From a virus, in the IMG/VR virus record IMGVR_UViG_3300025018_000100: a stretch of 64,000 nt of DNA. The stretch is one strand, 5' to 3'. The notes under the pieces were generated by a model that saw nothing but the letters and a program-made list of their open reading frames with translations, was not told where the DNA came from and ran no database searches. Within the stretch, counting starts at the first letter, position 1, and every line of letters starts with the position of its first letter. A program made the position numbers and the translations under genes. Positions 25,958 through 36,108 of the stretch are shown here, one piece after another.

Positions 25958-26292
25958 TGCCTTGATGAAATAAGCTGAAAGATATACAGGACTCGGGGGC
26001 AGAACCCGACGGCTCCACCAAAAATACACTTGGTTTAGATTTGTTAATTGCAAATAACAGATTTAAATACGCTACGACCAAAGAAGATCGTTTAAAGCGA
26101 AGACCGGGCTTAGGGTGTATTTTTGATGGGGCCGAAATAGGATCGACTGGTGTTGAATAAGTAAATGGAGAGGCAGGCGTGATCTCCTTATCGATCAAAA
26201 AAAGTAAATGCAAATGATAATTCAAACGAGAGATTAGCACTAGCTGCATAATCTTCCGGGGAATGGAAGCGCCCTGTAACCGAAAGACTTCC
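25958..26292 (+). ncRNA. ssrA: Circularly permuted two-piece tmRNA, tag ANDNSNERLALAA
   Basis: Acceptor piece ends GGACTCGGGGGCAGAACCCGACGGCTCCACCA (26020); 107-nt intervening segment closed by AAAATACAC/GTGTATTTT; coding piece starts GGGGCCGAAATAGGATCGAC (26128); tag ORF 26210-26251; outer ends approximate. Confidence 0.93.
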
Positions 26293-26318
26293 GTTAGATA
26301 GGTAGAGAGAAAAATAGT

Positions 26319-26612
26319 ATGATATTAAAATTTATTTGTAATAATGAGGGTTTACAAACCACCTGGTTTTATGATAACTTGTCGAGAGTAACCTATACTA
26401 GAATTAAAGATAGCGAAACTCAGTTCTATAAAAAAAGCATAGATAGTAATTTTTCAAGCTTTAATGAAGAAGAAAAAATAATTAAAATTAATGCAAAAAA
26501 AGAGATTACTAACAAAGATTTTGATGATGAGTTTATAGTATTATTAGGAGAAAAATCTACTAAATGTTACCTACTTAATGATAAAGGTACTACAGTAGAT
26601 AGATTAGTTTAA
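26319..26612 (+). CDS. Hypothetical protein
   Basis: ATG ORF; C-terminal YLLNDKG.TVDRL. Confidence 0.7.
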   Translation: MILKFICNNEGLQTTWFYDNLSRVTYTRIKDSETQFYKKSIDSNFSSFNEEEKIIKINAKKEITNKDFDDEFIVLLGEKSTKCYLLNDKGTTVDRLV

Positions 26613-26618
26613 AAATAG

Positions 26619-26650
26619 ATAAGCGAGTATGAAAAATACTCGCTTATTTT
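26619..26650 (+). terminator. Intrinsic terminator
   Basis: ATAAGCGAGTAT..ATACTCGCTTAT-TTT. Confidence 0.85.
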
Positions 26651-26712
26651 AGTATCTAAATTTTTAAGTAAAATTAAAAATTTATAAAACAATTAGTAGG
26701 GGAAATTAAGTA

Positions 26713-27420
26713 GTGCAGATTTATTTTAGAGCGTGTGAAAAACAAGAAACTATAAGCTATGTTGATAGATGGAAAGAGGTATCTAAAACAGAAATACTTA
26801 AAAAGTGTTGGCTATCACTTCAAAAAAGTATCACTAGTGAAGATAGAGTTGTAATAATTCACGATTCTGTAAGTAAAGAAACATTAGAATTTATGCAAAG
26901 AACTGCGTCTGGTATGATTTTTTTACAAGAAGTACCTAACCATGAATGGGGCTATCACCTGCATACAGTAACTATGGTTAATCTTTTAGAGAAAGAATGT
27001 TTAAATAGTAACTCACGTGAAGTATTTTATTTAGTAGAAGATGATTATTTACATACTCCTAATGCCTTACATGTTATTAGAGATATGATGAAATATTGGG
27101 GACATTTTGGTGTTCCATATGATTATCCTGATAGATATAAAACTCCCACCAACACACAAGTATTTGTAGGACCTGATAGACATTGGAGAACCGTTCCAAG
27201 TTCAACTATGACTATTTTTGCCCACGCACAAACATGGCTATCTCATATAGAAGCTTTGAAAGACTGCGCACCTACAAGTAACGATCAAGTATTCCAAGAT
27301 ATTTTTCAAAAAGAAGCTTGTTTAAGCCCTCTTCCGGGTATAGCATCACATCTAACACCTTATCATATGACACCCCTTGTTGACTGGAATAGTATTTGGA
27401 ATAGTATAAATGTGGGATAA
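26713..27420 (+). CDS. GT-A fold glycosyltransferase-like protein
   Basis: FYLVEDDYLH, PYDYPDRY, STMT, SPLPG.A.H. Confidence 0.75.
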   Translation: MQIYFRACEKQETISYVDRWKEVSKTEILKKCWLSLQKSITSEDRVVIIHDSVSKETLEFMQRTASGMIFLQEVPNHEWGYHLHTVTMVNLLEKECLNSNSREVFYLVEDDYLHTPNALHVIRDMMKYWGHFGVPYDYPDRYKTPTNTQVFVGPDRHWRTVPSSTMTIFAHAQTWLSHIEALKDCAPTSNDQVFQDIFQKEACLSPLPGIASHLTPYHMTPLVDWNSIWNSINVG

Positions 27421-27970
27421 GTTACCTAGAGCCAGTGAAGGTCATTTTACTGAAAAAGATGAGTATATTATTCAAGAAGTACTTGATAGAATTAATATTG
27501 CATACAGAGATAATATAGTAGAAATAGGATTTAATGCCGGTCATAGTGCTTATATGTGGTTACATAATTCAGCTAATATGGATACTCACTTAACTAGTAT
27601 TGATATTGGTAGACATAATTATACAAGAGAAGGTGTAACACTAATTAAAAAAGAATATAACGATAGATTTAACTACATTGAATGTGATAGTCTAGAAGCT
27701 GGACTTTATCTACAAAAATACATAATAGTAAATGATCAATTAACTAATAATATTATTAATTATAAATTATTTAGCATCGATGGGTCACATGATAGACTAC
27801 ATATAATTAATGACATTCAATTAGCTTATTTTTATAACACAAAATATATATTATTAGATGATTATAGTGGGATTGTTAGAGAAATAACACAAAAAATGAT
27901 ACCAAAAACATGTCTGGAAGAAGTATATACAAATACTGAAGCTGTAAAAGCTCTATATAGATTAAAATAA
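27410..27970 (+). CDS. Class I SAM methyltransferase
   Basis: EIGFNAGHS, SIDI, IDGSH, LLDD. Confidence 0.85.
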   Translation: MWDKLPRASEGHFTEKDEYIIQEVLDRINIAYRDNIVEIGFNAGHSAYMWLHNSANMDTHLTSIDIGRHNYTREGVTLIKKEYNDRFNYIECDSLEAGLYLQKYIIVNDQLTNNIINYKLFSIDGSHDRLHIINDIQLAYFYNTKYILLDDYSGIVREITQKMIPKTCLEEVYTNTEAVKALYRLK

Positions 27971-27980
27971 AGGATAAAAT

Positions 27981-28994
27981 ATGAGTAAAACCGTGTACAT
28001 TACAGGCATAGCAGGATTAATGGGCAGTAATCTAGCTAAACATTTTGTAACTAAAGGATATATTGTAAAAGGTTGTGATAATATGATAGGTGGTTATAAG
28101 GATAATGTACCTCATAAGTACGTAGATTATCAAGAATTAGATATATTTGATTTAGATAAATTAAAAGAACATATGAAAGGTAGCGATGTAGTATTACATA
28201 CTGCGGCTCTTGCTTATGAGGGTTTAAGTGTTTTTAGCCCAAATATAATTACTAAAAACATTTATAGTGGAACAGTAAGCGTAGCTACTGCAGCTATTGC
28301 TAATAATGTAGAATTATTTATTAATTTTAGTAGTATGGCTAGATATGGTGATGTAATACCTCCATTTTCTGAAGATATGATTTGTAAACCTACAGATCCT
28401 TATGGAATGGCTAAATATCAAGCAGAATTAATGTTAAATCTTCTAAATGATATACACGGGTTAAAAGTATATCATATTGTACCTCATAATATTATAGGCC
28501 CAGGACAGAGATATAATGATCCATTTAGAAATGTAGCTGCTATTATGATTAATAGGTTATTACAAAATAAACATTTGATTATATATGGTGATGGTGATCA
28601 AAAACGTAGTTTTAGTGACGTTAAAGATTGTGTAGAGCCTGTATTTAGATTAGTAGAAAGTCAGAGATTTGATAGCGGAGAAGTGTTTAATATCGGTCCT
28701 GATGGTAATGAGATTACTATTAAAGAATTAGGTTATGTATGTGGTAGAATACTTAATAAATACCCACATTTTGATTATTATCCTGACAGACCAAGAGAAG
28801 TTAAAAATGCTTGGTGTAATAGTAATAAAGCTAGAACACAACTAAACTATAACCCTTCAGGTAATATTGATATAACTATTGGTAGTTTAGCAAGTTGGAT
28901 ACAGAAACGCGGCAGCCGAGAATTTGACTATCACTTACCTCTAGAGATTGAAAAAGAAAATACCCCAGAAACCTGGACAAAAAAACTAATTTAA
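27981..28994 (+). CDS. NAD-dependent epimerase/dehydratase
   Basis: ITGIAGLMGS, HTAA, SSMARYG, YGMAK, GDG.Q.RSF. Confidence 0.92.
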   Translation: MSKTVYITGIAGLMGSNLAKHFVTKGYIVKGCDNMIGGYKDNVPHKYVDYQELDIFDLDKLKEHMKGSDVVLHTAALAYEGLSVFSPNIITKNIYSGTVSVATAAIANNVELFINFSSMARYGDVIPPFSEDMICKPTDPYGMAKYQAELMLNLLNDIHGLKVYHIVPHNIIGPGQRYNDPFRNVAAIMINRLLQNKHLIIYGDGDQKRSFSDVKDCVEPVFRLVESQRFDSGEVFNIGPDGNEITIKELGYVCGRILNKYPHFDYYPDRPREVKNAWCNSNKARTQLNYNPSGNIDITIGSLASWIQKRGSREFDYHLPLEIEKENTPETWTKKLI

Positions 28995-29005
28995 AGAAAA
29001 AATAA

Positions 29006-29911
29006 ATGAATTACGAGTTAAAAGGTATTGTAGTTAATAATCAAGCATTTGGAGATATGTTATTAGGTACACATGCTTGTGCCTTAATGAAGAAAAAATA
29101 TCCAAATAGTTATATTGCTATGGTTATCAGCGAAAATACTACTTTAACAACGGTGGAGAGAAAAGGTTTCTCTGAAATAATTGAGATATTAAAACTACAA
29201 CCAGGTATAGATGATGTTATAACTTATGGCGGAAGATGTTTTAGAACTATTAGTAGAGGTAAGCCTTTTAATAATAGAGTAGATTTTAAATTACATCAAT
29301 TTGAATGGTATAGTGACTTAGGTATTGTAAAAAGTATGCAAACAGAGTTTTTGTTAAATTCATATATTGATTCTTTTGATACAGAAACTTATTTTTCTAC
29401 TGGTAATATTAATATTATTAAAAATAGTGAAATAACTACTGCTGGAGAGTTAGATTGGGTTAGAAAAATTGGTTTCTTTCCTAAAAAATTATTTAATTAC
29501 ATAACTGACAAAGGCTATATTATTAAATATTTAGGAGCAGATACTAGACAAGGTACTTATCTAGATAGTTTAAAAGAATTAGAAAAAACATTACTATACA
29601 TTGGACCTATAGGAAGTATGTCTCATTTTGCTGCGGGTTTAGGTCTTAGTACAATAAATGTATGTAGTGTGTTTCCTGCGCAATATGATAGCCCCGAATA
29701 TTACCATTCAGGTTTTCACAAAAGCGTATTAACTAATAGAAAAGAAGATTATAGTATGATTACTCCAAAATATTATAGTAACGAAATACAACAAGGATGG
29801 GGTAATCCCAAAACAGTAAAAGGTTTTTGGGATTATGTAGATTCTGATGATTATTATATTATTGAGCAAGATTTAATTAAAAAATTCGAGGAATGGTCAT
29901 GGACACAGTAG
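29006..29911 (+). CDS. GT9 (heptosyltransferase-like) glycosyltransferase
   Basis: FGDMLL..., KKKYPNS.I, P.ID.VI, SHFAAGLG. Confidence 0.65.
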   Translation: MNYELKGIVVNNQAFGDMLLGTHACALMKKKYPNSYIAMVISENTTLTTVERKGFSEIIEILKLQPGIDDVITYGGRCFRTISRGKPFNNRVDFKLHQFEWYSDLGIVKSMQTEFLLNSYIDSFDTETYFSTGNINIIKNSEITTAGELDWVRKIGFFPKKLFNYITDKGYIIKYLGADTRQGTYLDSLKELEKTLLYIGPIGSMSHFAAGLGLSTINVCSVFPAQYDSPEYYHSGFHKSVLTNRKEDYSMITPKYYSNEIQQGWGNPKTVKGFWDYVDSDDYYIIEQDLIKKFEEWSWTQ

Positions 29912-30405
29912 AATTTAAAGGTAAAACGTATCCTAAACTTATAACTGAAGGGCAACATAGTCAGTATATAATTCCTACAGCTAAGAAATTTTGTACAGGT
30001 TTAATAGGGTATGATATAGGGTGTAATAAAAAAGAATGGGCTTTTCCAGGGGCAATACCTATTGATATTACATTAGATAATAATAATTATGATGCTTTTA
30101 ATTTACCAACCAAACCAGTAGATTATATATTTAGTAGTCATTGTTTAGAGCATTTAAATAATTATGTAGACGCTTTAGAATATTGGACTTTCCGAATAAA
30201 AAAAGGTGGAACATTATTTCTATATTTACCACATGAAAATTGTGAATACTGGAAACCTTGGATTATGCCTACAAAAAAGCATCTACATCAATTTTATCCA
30301 GAACAAATTAAAGAAATATTAAGTAACTTAGGGTATATAAATATATTTAGTACTGGCTGCGATTTAGCTTTTAGTTTTGCAGTAGTAGGAGAAAAAGCTT
30401 GGTAA
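29893..30405 (+). CDS. Class I SAM methyltransferase
   Basis: DIGC, DYIFSSHCLEH, W...IK.GG.LFLYLPH. Confidence 0.88.
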   Translation: MVMDTVEFKGKTYPKLITEGQHSQYIIPTAKKFCTGLIGYDIGCNKKEWAFPGAIPIDITLDNNNYDAFNLPTKPVDYIFSSHCLEHLNNYVDALEYWTFRIKKGGTLFLYLPHENCEYWKPWIMPTKKHLHQFYPEQIKEILSNLGYINIFSTGCDLAFSFAVVGEKAW

Positions 30406-31151
30406 AGATTATAATTCCTTATATTTTTGAAAACGAAATTCAAGAATTACAGAACAGATTATGGGATTTACCTGTAGATTTTCAAGAAGATATAGGAAAA
30501 ATAGGTAGTGATTTAATGTATCAAAAAATGTGGAATGAAAATCCCACAGAAGATATATTTATTATGCATTCAGATATGTTACCTATAGAAGAGGATACAA
30601 GTAATCAATGGTTTTCAGACGTATTACATTATGCAAATAAATATCCAGAAGCAGGGATGTTAGGGTGTAAATTATTATATCCCGCTAAATCAGAAAAAAA
30701 CAATTTTTATATACAATGCGCTGGTGGACAGTTCAATATAGCTTCGGGCATGCCTGATCACTACGGAAGCGGGTTAGATATAAATAGTGGAAATCAGTTT
30801 AAAGAATTAGAGGAAGATGTAGGACAGTATGATTATGTTAGAGAGGTAGCTTGGACTACTTTTGGTGGTCTTTATATAAGAAGGGAACTTATAAATCAAA
30901 TAGGAGATTTTGATCCTAGTTTTGAGTGGACTTATAATAGAGATGTAGATTATTGTTTTGAAGCTAGAAATAAAGGATGGAAAATATACCAAATACCAGT
31001 TCCTCTTCTTCATTACGAGAGTAAAGATAATAAAAGATTAATGCATGGAAATTCTGAATTAAACGCTAAATGGGCAAGAAATATGAAAAGATTACAAGAA
31101 AAATGGGCTAATAGTCCTTTATGGAGAACAATAAACGAGATGGTATTATAA
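30399..31151 (+). CDS. GT2-family glycosyltransferase
   Basis: HSD, G.KLLYP, GDFDP.F, DVDYC, HYES. Confidence 0.85.
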   Translation: MVKIIIPYIFENEIQELQNRLWDLPVDFQEDIGKIGSDLMYQKMWNENPTEDIFIMHSDMLPIEEDTSNQWFSDVLHYANKYPEAGMLGCKLLYPAKSEKNNFYIQCAGGQFNIASGMPDHYGSGLDINSGNQFKELEEDVGQYDYVREVAWTTFGGLYIRRELINQIGDFDPSFEWTYNRDVDYCFEARNKGWKIYQIPVPLLHYESKDNKRLMHGNSELNAKWARNMKRLQEKWANSPLWRTINEMVL

Positions 31152-31459
31152 TGGATGAATACGACGATAGTGATCCCGAAATCTTAATAGATAAGGATGA
31201 TTTATTATATCATTTAAAAAATAGTAAAGTATTGAATAGTGTAATAACAAAACCTAATTTAATATCTTATACATTATATCCATTTATTGCTTTAGCAATA
31301 ATTTTAGCATTAGTTTTAGCCATAATTGCGCTAAGCATTTGGGGAATAGTAATATTTATATTTACGGTTATATGGTTTACTTTTGTAGGTCCTATTGTCT
31401 TAGTAAATAAAATATACAGCAATATATTGAGTAAAAAGGAAGATTTAATAAGTGAATAA
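31151..31459 (+). CDS. Membrane protein
   Basis: Long hydrophobic segment. Confidence 0.65.
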   Translation: MDEYDDSDPEILIDKDDLLYHLKNSKVLNSVITKPNLISYTLYPFIALAIILALVLAIIALSIWGIVIFIFTVIWFTFVGPIVLVNKIYSNILSKKEDLISE

Positions 31460-32204
31460 AATAGAAGAATATAAAAAGTTAGTAGATAGTGCTATCTCAT
31501 TAGCAGATAAAGAAACTAGTAAAGTAGCTAATCTTAATGTTTTACAGGTGTACGGGTTAACTTCATCTAGGATTAAACATTTAATACATAATTTAGTTGA
31601 TAATCCAAACACAAATTATCTAGAAGTTGGTGTATATAGAGGATCTACTATTATCGTGGCTGCTGTTTCTAGGTGTAATAGTTGTATCGGTATTGATAAT
31701 TTTTCATATAATCCCTATTCTGCTGAAACTTGGAAACAAGAGGGGTGGAATAATGTGAGAAATGCTATGCATGATTGTATAGAAAAATATAGAGTACAAC
31801 ACAAAGTCAAAATAATTGAGCAAGATGTATTAACAAATATTAATAAATATAATAATTTTATTGATACTAAACAAGATGTAATATTTTTTGATATTGATAC
31901 CTTTTCTCCAGAACAAATTGAAAATACATTAGGCAATGTCCTGACTGTAGGCAATGATACGTTTATTTTATTAATGTCTAATATTAATAAAGATAAAACC
32001 GTAGTAGCTCTTAAAAACGTGTTAGCAAAAGAAAATATTACTATTGATCATGAAGTACTTGTAAGAAGTAGTGGTAGAGGTAATGATAATAATTGGTGGA
32101 ACGGAGTTGGGGTATATGTGCTTAGTAAACCCGTAGTGCCAGAAGAACCAAAAGTAGCTGTTAAAACTCCTGTAGCTAAAACTCCCCCTACTAAGAAGGT
32201 GTAA
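31452..32204 (+). CDS. Class I SAM methyltransferase-like protein
   Basis: YLEVGVYRGST, GIDNFS, WWNG. Confidence 0.8.
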   Translation: MNKIEEYKKLVDSAISLADKETSKVANLNVLQVYGLTSSRIKHLIHNLVDNPNTNYLEVGVYRGSTIIVAAVSRCNSCIGIDNFSYNPYSAETWKQEGWNNVRNAMHDCIEKYRVQHKVKIIEQDVLTNINKYNNFIDTKQDVIFFDIDTFSPEQIENTLGNVLTVGNDTFILLMSNINKDKTVVALKNVLAKENITIDHEVLVRSSGRGNDNNWWNGVGVYVLSKPVVPEEPKVAVKTPVAKTPPTKKV

Positions 32205-32207
32205 AAG

Positions 32208-33032
32208 ATGAAAATAAGCGTAATTAGTTTAATAAGTTATGATGCGGACATGATTATGAGTAGCATTAAAAGTTATTATAACTACGTAGATCAAATTGTA
32301 TTAGGATTAGACGTAAATAGAATAACCTGGAGCGGTAATCCTTTCAGCTTTGATGAAGAAAAATTATGGAAACAATTAGATGATATTGACACAGATAATA
32401 AAATTTTGATTGTAGAAGATAATTTTCATAAAAGTAGTATTCCTATGGAAAATGATACTTATGAGAGAAATTTCTTAAAAAATTATTGTACAGGAGATTG
32501 GATATTAAGTTTTGATGCGGATGAAGTATTATTAAACGCCCATGATTTTTTCTATCGTTTTGTACCTTTATTTGAGCCCTATAAAACTAAAAAAGATTTA
32601 TTATTTACTTGGTTTTTACCTTATAAATATTTACCAGTTACTGATTCGTATTTAGTTATAACCAATAATGACAATACTATTTTTAGAGGTGACACTCAAG
32701 GTTTTGCTACAGATAAAAATAATACATATACTTATGCTAGATGGACTAATAATAAAAATATAGTACAAAGCCCTTTATGTATATTACATTGGAGTTTCTG
32801 TAGACCTGCTAAAGCTATAGATATGAAAATTAATAATTTTGGGCACAGTGATCGAACAAAAGATGATCCTTTCTTTGATAATTGGAAGAAAGTAGACCAT
32901 ACAAATTATAAACAATTAAGAAATTTCAAAACATCAGGTTTTGGGGATAATCAATGGGAAAAATTATTAGAAGTTCCAGCAAATAATTTTCAGGATTGGA
33001 TGAAATCACAAACAGATAAGGTTTACAGATGA
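32208..33032 (+). CDS. GT2-like glycosyltransferase
   Basis: ERN, DWILSFDADE, HWS..R....KI.NFGH. Confidence 0.75.
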   Translation: MKISVISLISYDADMIMSSIKSYYNYVDQIVLGLDVNRITWSGNPFSFDEEKLWKQLDDIDTDNKILIVEDNFHKSSIPMENDTYERNFLKNYCTGDWILSFDADEVLLNAHDFFYRFVPLFEPYKTKKDLLFTWFLPYKYLPVTDSYLVITNNDNTIFRGDTQGFATDKNNTYTYARWTNNKNIVQSPLCILHWSFCRPAKAIDMKINNFGHSDRTKDDPFFDNWKKVDHTNYKQLRNFKTSGFGDNQWEKLLEVPANNFQDWMKSQTDKVYR

Positions 33033-34180
33033 AAGTAATAGAAATTATAAGCAAATTTTATGATAATCATAGTCTATCTATAGTTAGTAGAAATTTAGCT
33101 ACATATTTAGATAGTATGGGAATTTACAATGTCTGTATTACCCCACTTGATTCATTTAATAGTAAGTATAAATTAAATACTAGCGTTGTTAAGCAATTAA
33201 AGAATTTGGAATCTAAAAATTTTGAAGCTAAGGATGTAGATATTCAAATTAGGCATAGCTACCCTCCTATTTGGAGATGGCCTGTATCTAATAAGACTAA
33301 GGTTATCTTTATTCAACCTTGGGAATATAGTAAAGTACCTTTTGAGTGGCAATATAAGTTTGAAACTTTTGCAGATGCTCTTATTACTCCTAGTAGATGG
33401 TCTGGGGATAGATTCTTAGATAGCGGCTTAAATCCTGAAAAGTTATTTATTTTACCTAATGGATTTGATAATAAAGTTTTTCATAATAACGATAGACAGA
33501 AGCTAAATAAATTTACTTTTACCTATGTAGGAAATCATCAGTTCAGAAAAGGTCTAGATATAATGCTACAGGCGTGGGTAAAAGCCTTTAGTAGTGGTGA
33601 TAACTGTCAACTTATTATTAAAGATAATCCTAATGTATATGGACAAAATAATATCTTAAACGATATATTAAAAATTCAGTATAGAACAAAATGTGCCAAA
33701 ATAAGATATATTGATGATGATCTAAGTGATGATCAGATTGGAAATTTATATAGGTCTACTGATGTAATAGTACACCCTTATAGAGGTGAAGGTTTTGGTA
33801 TGCATATTCAAGAAGCAATGGCTTGTGGAGCTTATCCTTTAGTATCTTCTAATGGTCCTACAGATGATTTTGTTACTGATCAGTGTGGTGACAAAATCAC
33901 TGTTATTAGAAAGTTCTTAGATTTAACACAACCAGACGTGTTTGCTACTAAACCAGGAGATAGTCTCACTTTGATGGGTCAACATGCATGGATAGATGAA
34001 CCAGATATAAAAGATTTGACAAATAAATTATATAAACTTTATAATATGCATAATAGAGAAGAGTATTTATCTAAAGTAAATGATGCAATTTTATTTCCTT
34101 GGGAAAAAGTAGTTGAAGATTTATCTGGGATTATCGAAACAATAGCTGAGAGACCTGTTTTTAGAATTTTAAATGAATAA
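33029..34180 (+). CDS. GT4-family glycosyltransferase
   Basis: PNG.D, RKG.D, PYRGEGFG..IQEAMACG. Confidence 0.9.
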   Translation: MKVIEIISKFYDNHSLSIVSRNLATYLDSMGIYNVCITPLDSFNSKYKLNTSVVKQLKNLESKNFEAKDVDIQIRHSYPPIWRWPVSNKTKVIFIQPWEYSKVPFEWQYKFETFADALITPSRWSGDRFLDSGLNPEKLFILPNGFDNKVFHNNDRQKLNKFTFTYVGNHQFRKGLDIMLQAWVKAFSSGDNCQLIIKDNPNVYGQNNILNDILKIQYRTKCAKIRYIDDDLSDDQIGNLYRSTDVIVHPYRGEGFGMHIQEAMACGAYPLVSSNGPTDDFVTDQCGDKITVIRKFLDLTQPDVFATKPGDSLTLMGQHAWIDEPDIKDLTNKLYKLYNMHNREEYLSKVNDAILFPWEKVVEDLSGIIETIAERPVFRILNE

Positions 34181-34796
34181 CTATCGAGAAATAGTAGAAT
34201 TTAGTCATCTACCTTGGTTAAAATTAGATATAGAGGTACCTCACGAAGCAATGCTAGAAGAAGCTATAAATATTCAACAATATTATGTAGCACATAGAAG
34301 TGAAGAATCTGTTATAGGACTAAGTCATAAAGGGTGGAGCAGTACTTGTATACATGGGATAGAATGGAATAAAACTAATCATTATACTTCTTATGGGTAT
34401 GAAAGTAATGACTCTACACCCTATAAATGGACTATAATTAGTGATTTATGTCCTACTATTACTAAATTTTTTAAATACTCCTTTCCAATGACTGAGTATT
34501 ATAGATTAAGAATAATGAAATTGGAAGCTAGGGGCTTTATAATGCCGCACAAAGATATGGAAGAAAATAGATTATCCCCAATAAATATTTCACTAAATCA
34601 ACCTAAAGAATGTATATTTAAAATGAGAGATAAAGGTGTAGTACCTTTTAGTCCTGGAGACGCTTACTTATTAGATGTAGGTAACGAACATGCGGTTATT
34701 AATAATAGTAATGAAGATAGATACCATATAATAGTTCATGGAATACCTAATAAAGATTATAAAGAGTTGGTAATAAAAAGTTATGCAAAAAAATAA
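34173..34796 (+). CDS. Aspartyl/asparaginyl beta-hydroxylase-like 2OG oxygenase
   Basis: R.M.L...G.I.PHKD, EHAV.N.S.EDRYHII.HG. Confidence 0.85.
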   Translation: MNNYREIVEFSHLPWLKLDIEVPHEAMLEEAINIQQYYVAHRSEESVIGLSHKGWSSTCIHGIEWNKTNHYTSYGYESNDSTPYKWTIISDLCPTITKFFKYSFPMTEYYRLRIMKLEARGFIMPHKDMEENRLSPINISLNQPKECIFKMRDKGVVPFSPGDAYLLDVGNEHAVINNSNEDRYHIIVHGIPNKDYKELVIKSYAKK

Positions 34797-36108
34797 ATTA
34801 GTTGTTGGTATTCACAGAGAAAATGTTAAAAATATACAAGATGTAAAAAATATAGAAAGATTAACTAATTTATTTACTAAAAATAAATATTTTGGTGATA
34901 TTATAAGAAAAGATACAATTAAAGAAGTATTAGATGATGCCGCAGTTAGAGGGTATGATTACTGCTTAGTTCAAGCTATCGGACATTTTATTAAGGAAAT
35001 CCCGTTTTTTGATTACATAAATGACTGGATAAATAATATGGATTTTTTTATTACCGGACATATTGTACATAAAGAAGATAGTTTTGGATTACATAATCAA
35101 TGTATATTAGTAAACTTAAACTACTATAGGGATTTTGGAAATCCTTCTTGTGGTAAGAAGGGGGAGAAGGTTGAAATAGTAGTTCCTCGTAGAAGTGAGA
35201 AGAATATTCACCATGATTATACGCCTATTTGGCTAAAACCTACTAACGAAACAAAGGTGTGTACTCCCGTCGTAGATGGGTGGAATTTTATAGACCAAAG
35301 TTTAAGAGAAAATCTTACAGTTTATAATTTTCATCCAAAAATGAGAGAATGTAAAGAATATTGTTATCCTCATAAATCTCTAAAGGAATTAGAAGAACAA
35401 TTAAGTTGGATAGGTAGAATTATAGAATTTGCCCCTCAAAGCGTATTTTTCTGGAATACAGAAAATTATATAGATATTAAAGATCAAATTCAAGAACCTA
35501 TTGATAAAATTTACTGTGTGGCAGCAGGATTTAAACCAAATATGTTTTTACATAAATTTGGATTTAAAGACTCCACAGAAGTTATTTACTATGATTATAG
35601 TAAGAGTGCCTTAGCGTTTAAAAAGCTTTTAATTAGTAAATGGGATGGTAAAAATTACCCAGCATTTATTAAAGCAGTTAAAGAACAGTTTTTTATTCGC
35701 GAAAGCACACATAATCCATTCGGAAATGATGATTATGATAGCTTATGGACCCAAGAACTTGAACGATGGGGAGGTGAACAAAATTTACACCAACATTGGC
35801 TACGTTACAGAAAGTTAAAGCATACTTTCATTCATTGTGACATAGTTAAAGATTCATCTAAATTAATTAATTTAGTTGATGATGAAGGCACTCAAGTAAT
35901 TTGGTGGAGTAACTGTTTCCACACAGTAAACTCGCATTATTTAAATAATAATGAAGGATTATATAATATATATAAAGAATGGGTAAACGGTTTAGCTAAT
36001 AAAAATCCTAATTTATTTATATTTGGTAAAGATTATTTAAATAATAGTTTAAAAGGCGGTAAAATAAAACAATATGATATACCTAGCGAGTACAGCCCTA
36101 AAAGGTGA
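34783..36108 (+). CDS. Hypothetical protein of the modification cluster
   Basis: Long coupled ORF; AAGFKP..YYDYS..AL may be a methyltransferase-like fold. Confidence 0.75.
   Translation: MQKNKLVVGIHRENVKNIQDVKNIERLTNLFTKNKYFGDIIRKDTIKEVLDDAAVRGYDYCLVQAIGHFIKEIPFFDYINDWINNMDFFITGHIVHKEDSFGLHNQCILVNLNYYRDFGNPSCGKKGEKVEIVVPRRSEKNIHHDYTPIWLKPTNETKVCTPVVDGWNFIDQSLRENLTVYNFHPKMRECKEYCYPHKSLKELEEQLSWIGRIIEFAPQSVFFWNTENYIDIKDQIQEPIDKIYCVAAGFKPNMFLHKFGFKDSTEVIYYDYSKSALAFKKLLISKWDGKNYPAFIKAVKEQFFIRESTHNPFGNDDYDSLWTQELERWGGEQNLHQHWLRYRKLKHTFIHCDIVKDSSKLINLVDDEGTQVIWWSNCFHTVNSHYLNNNEGLYNIYKEWVNGLANKNPNLFIFGKDYLNNSLKGGKIKQYDIPSEYSPKR

Noticed and set aside
25875-26249. 124-aa ORF on minus strand
   Set aside because: Antisense to tmRNA and the tRNA-like RNA; no protein features
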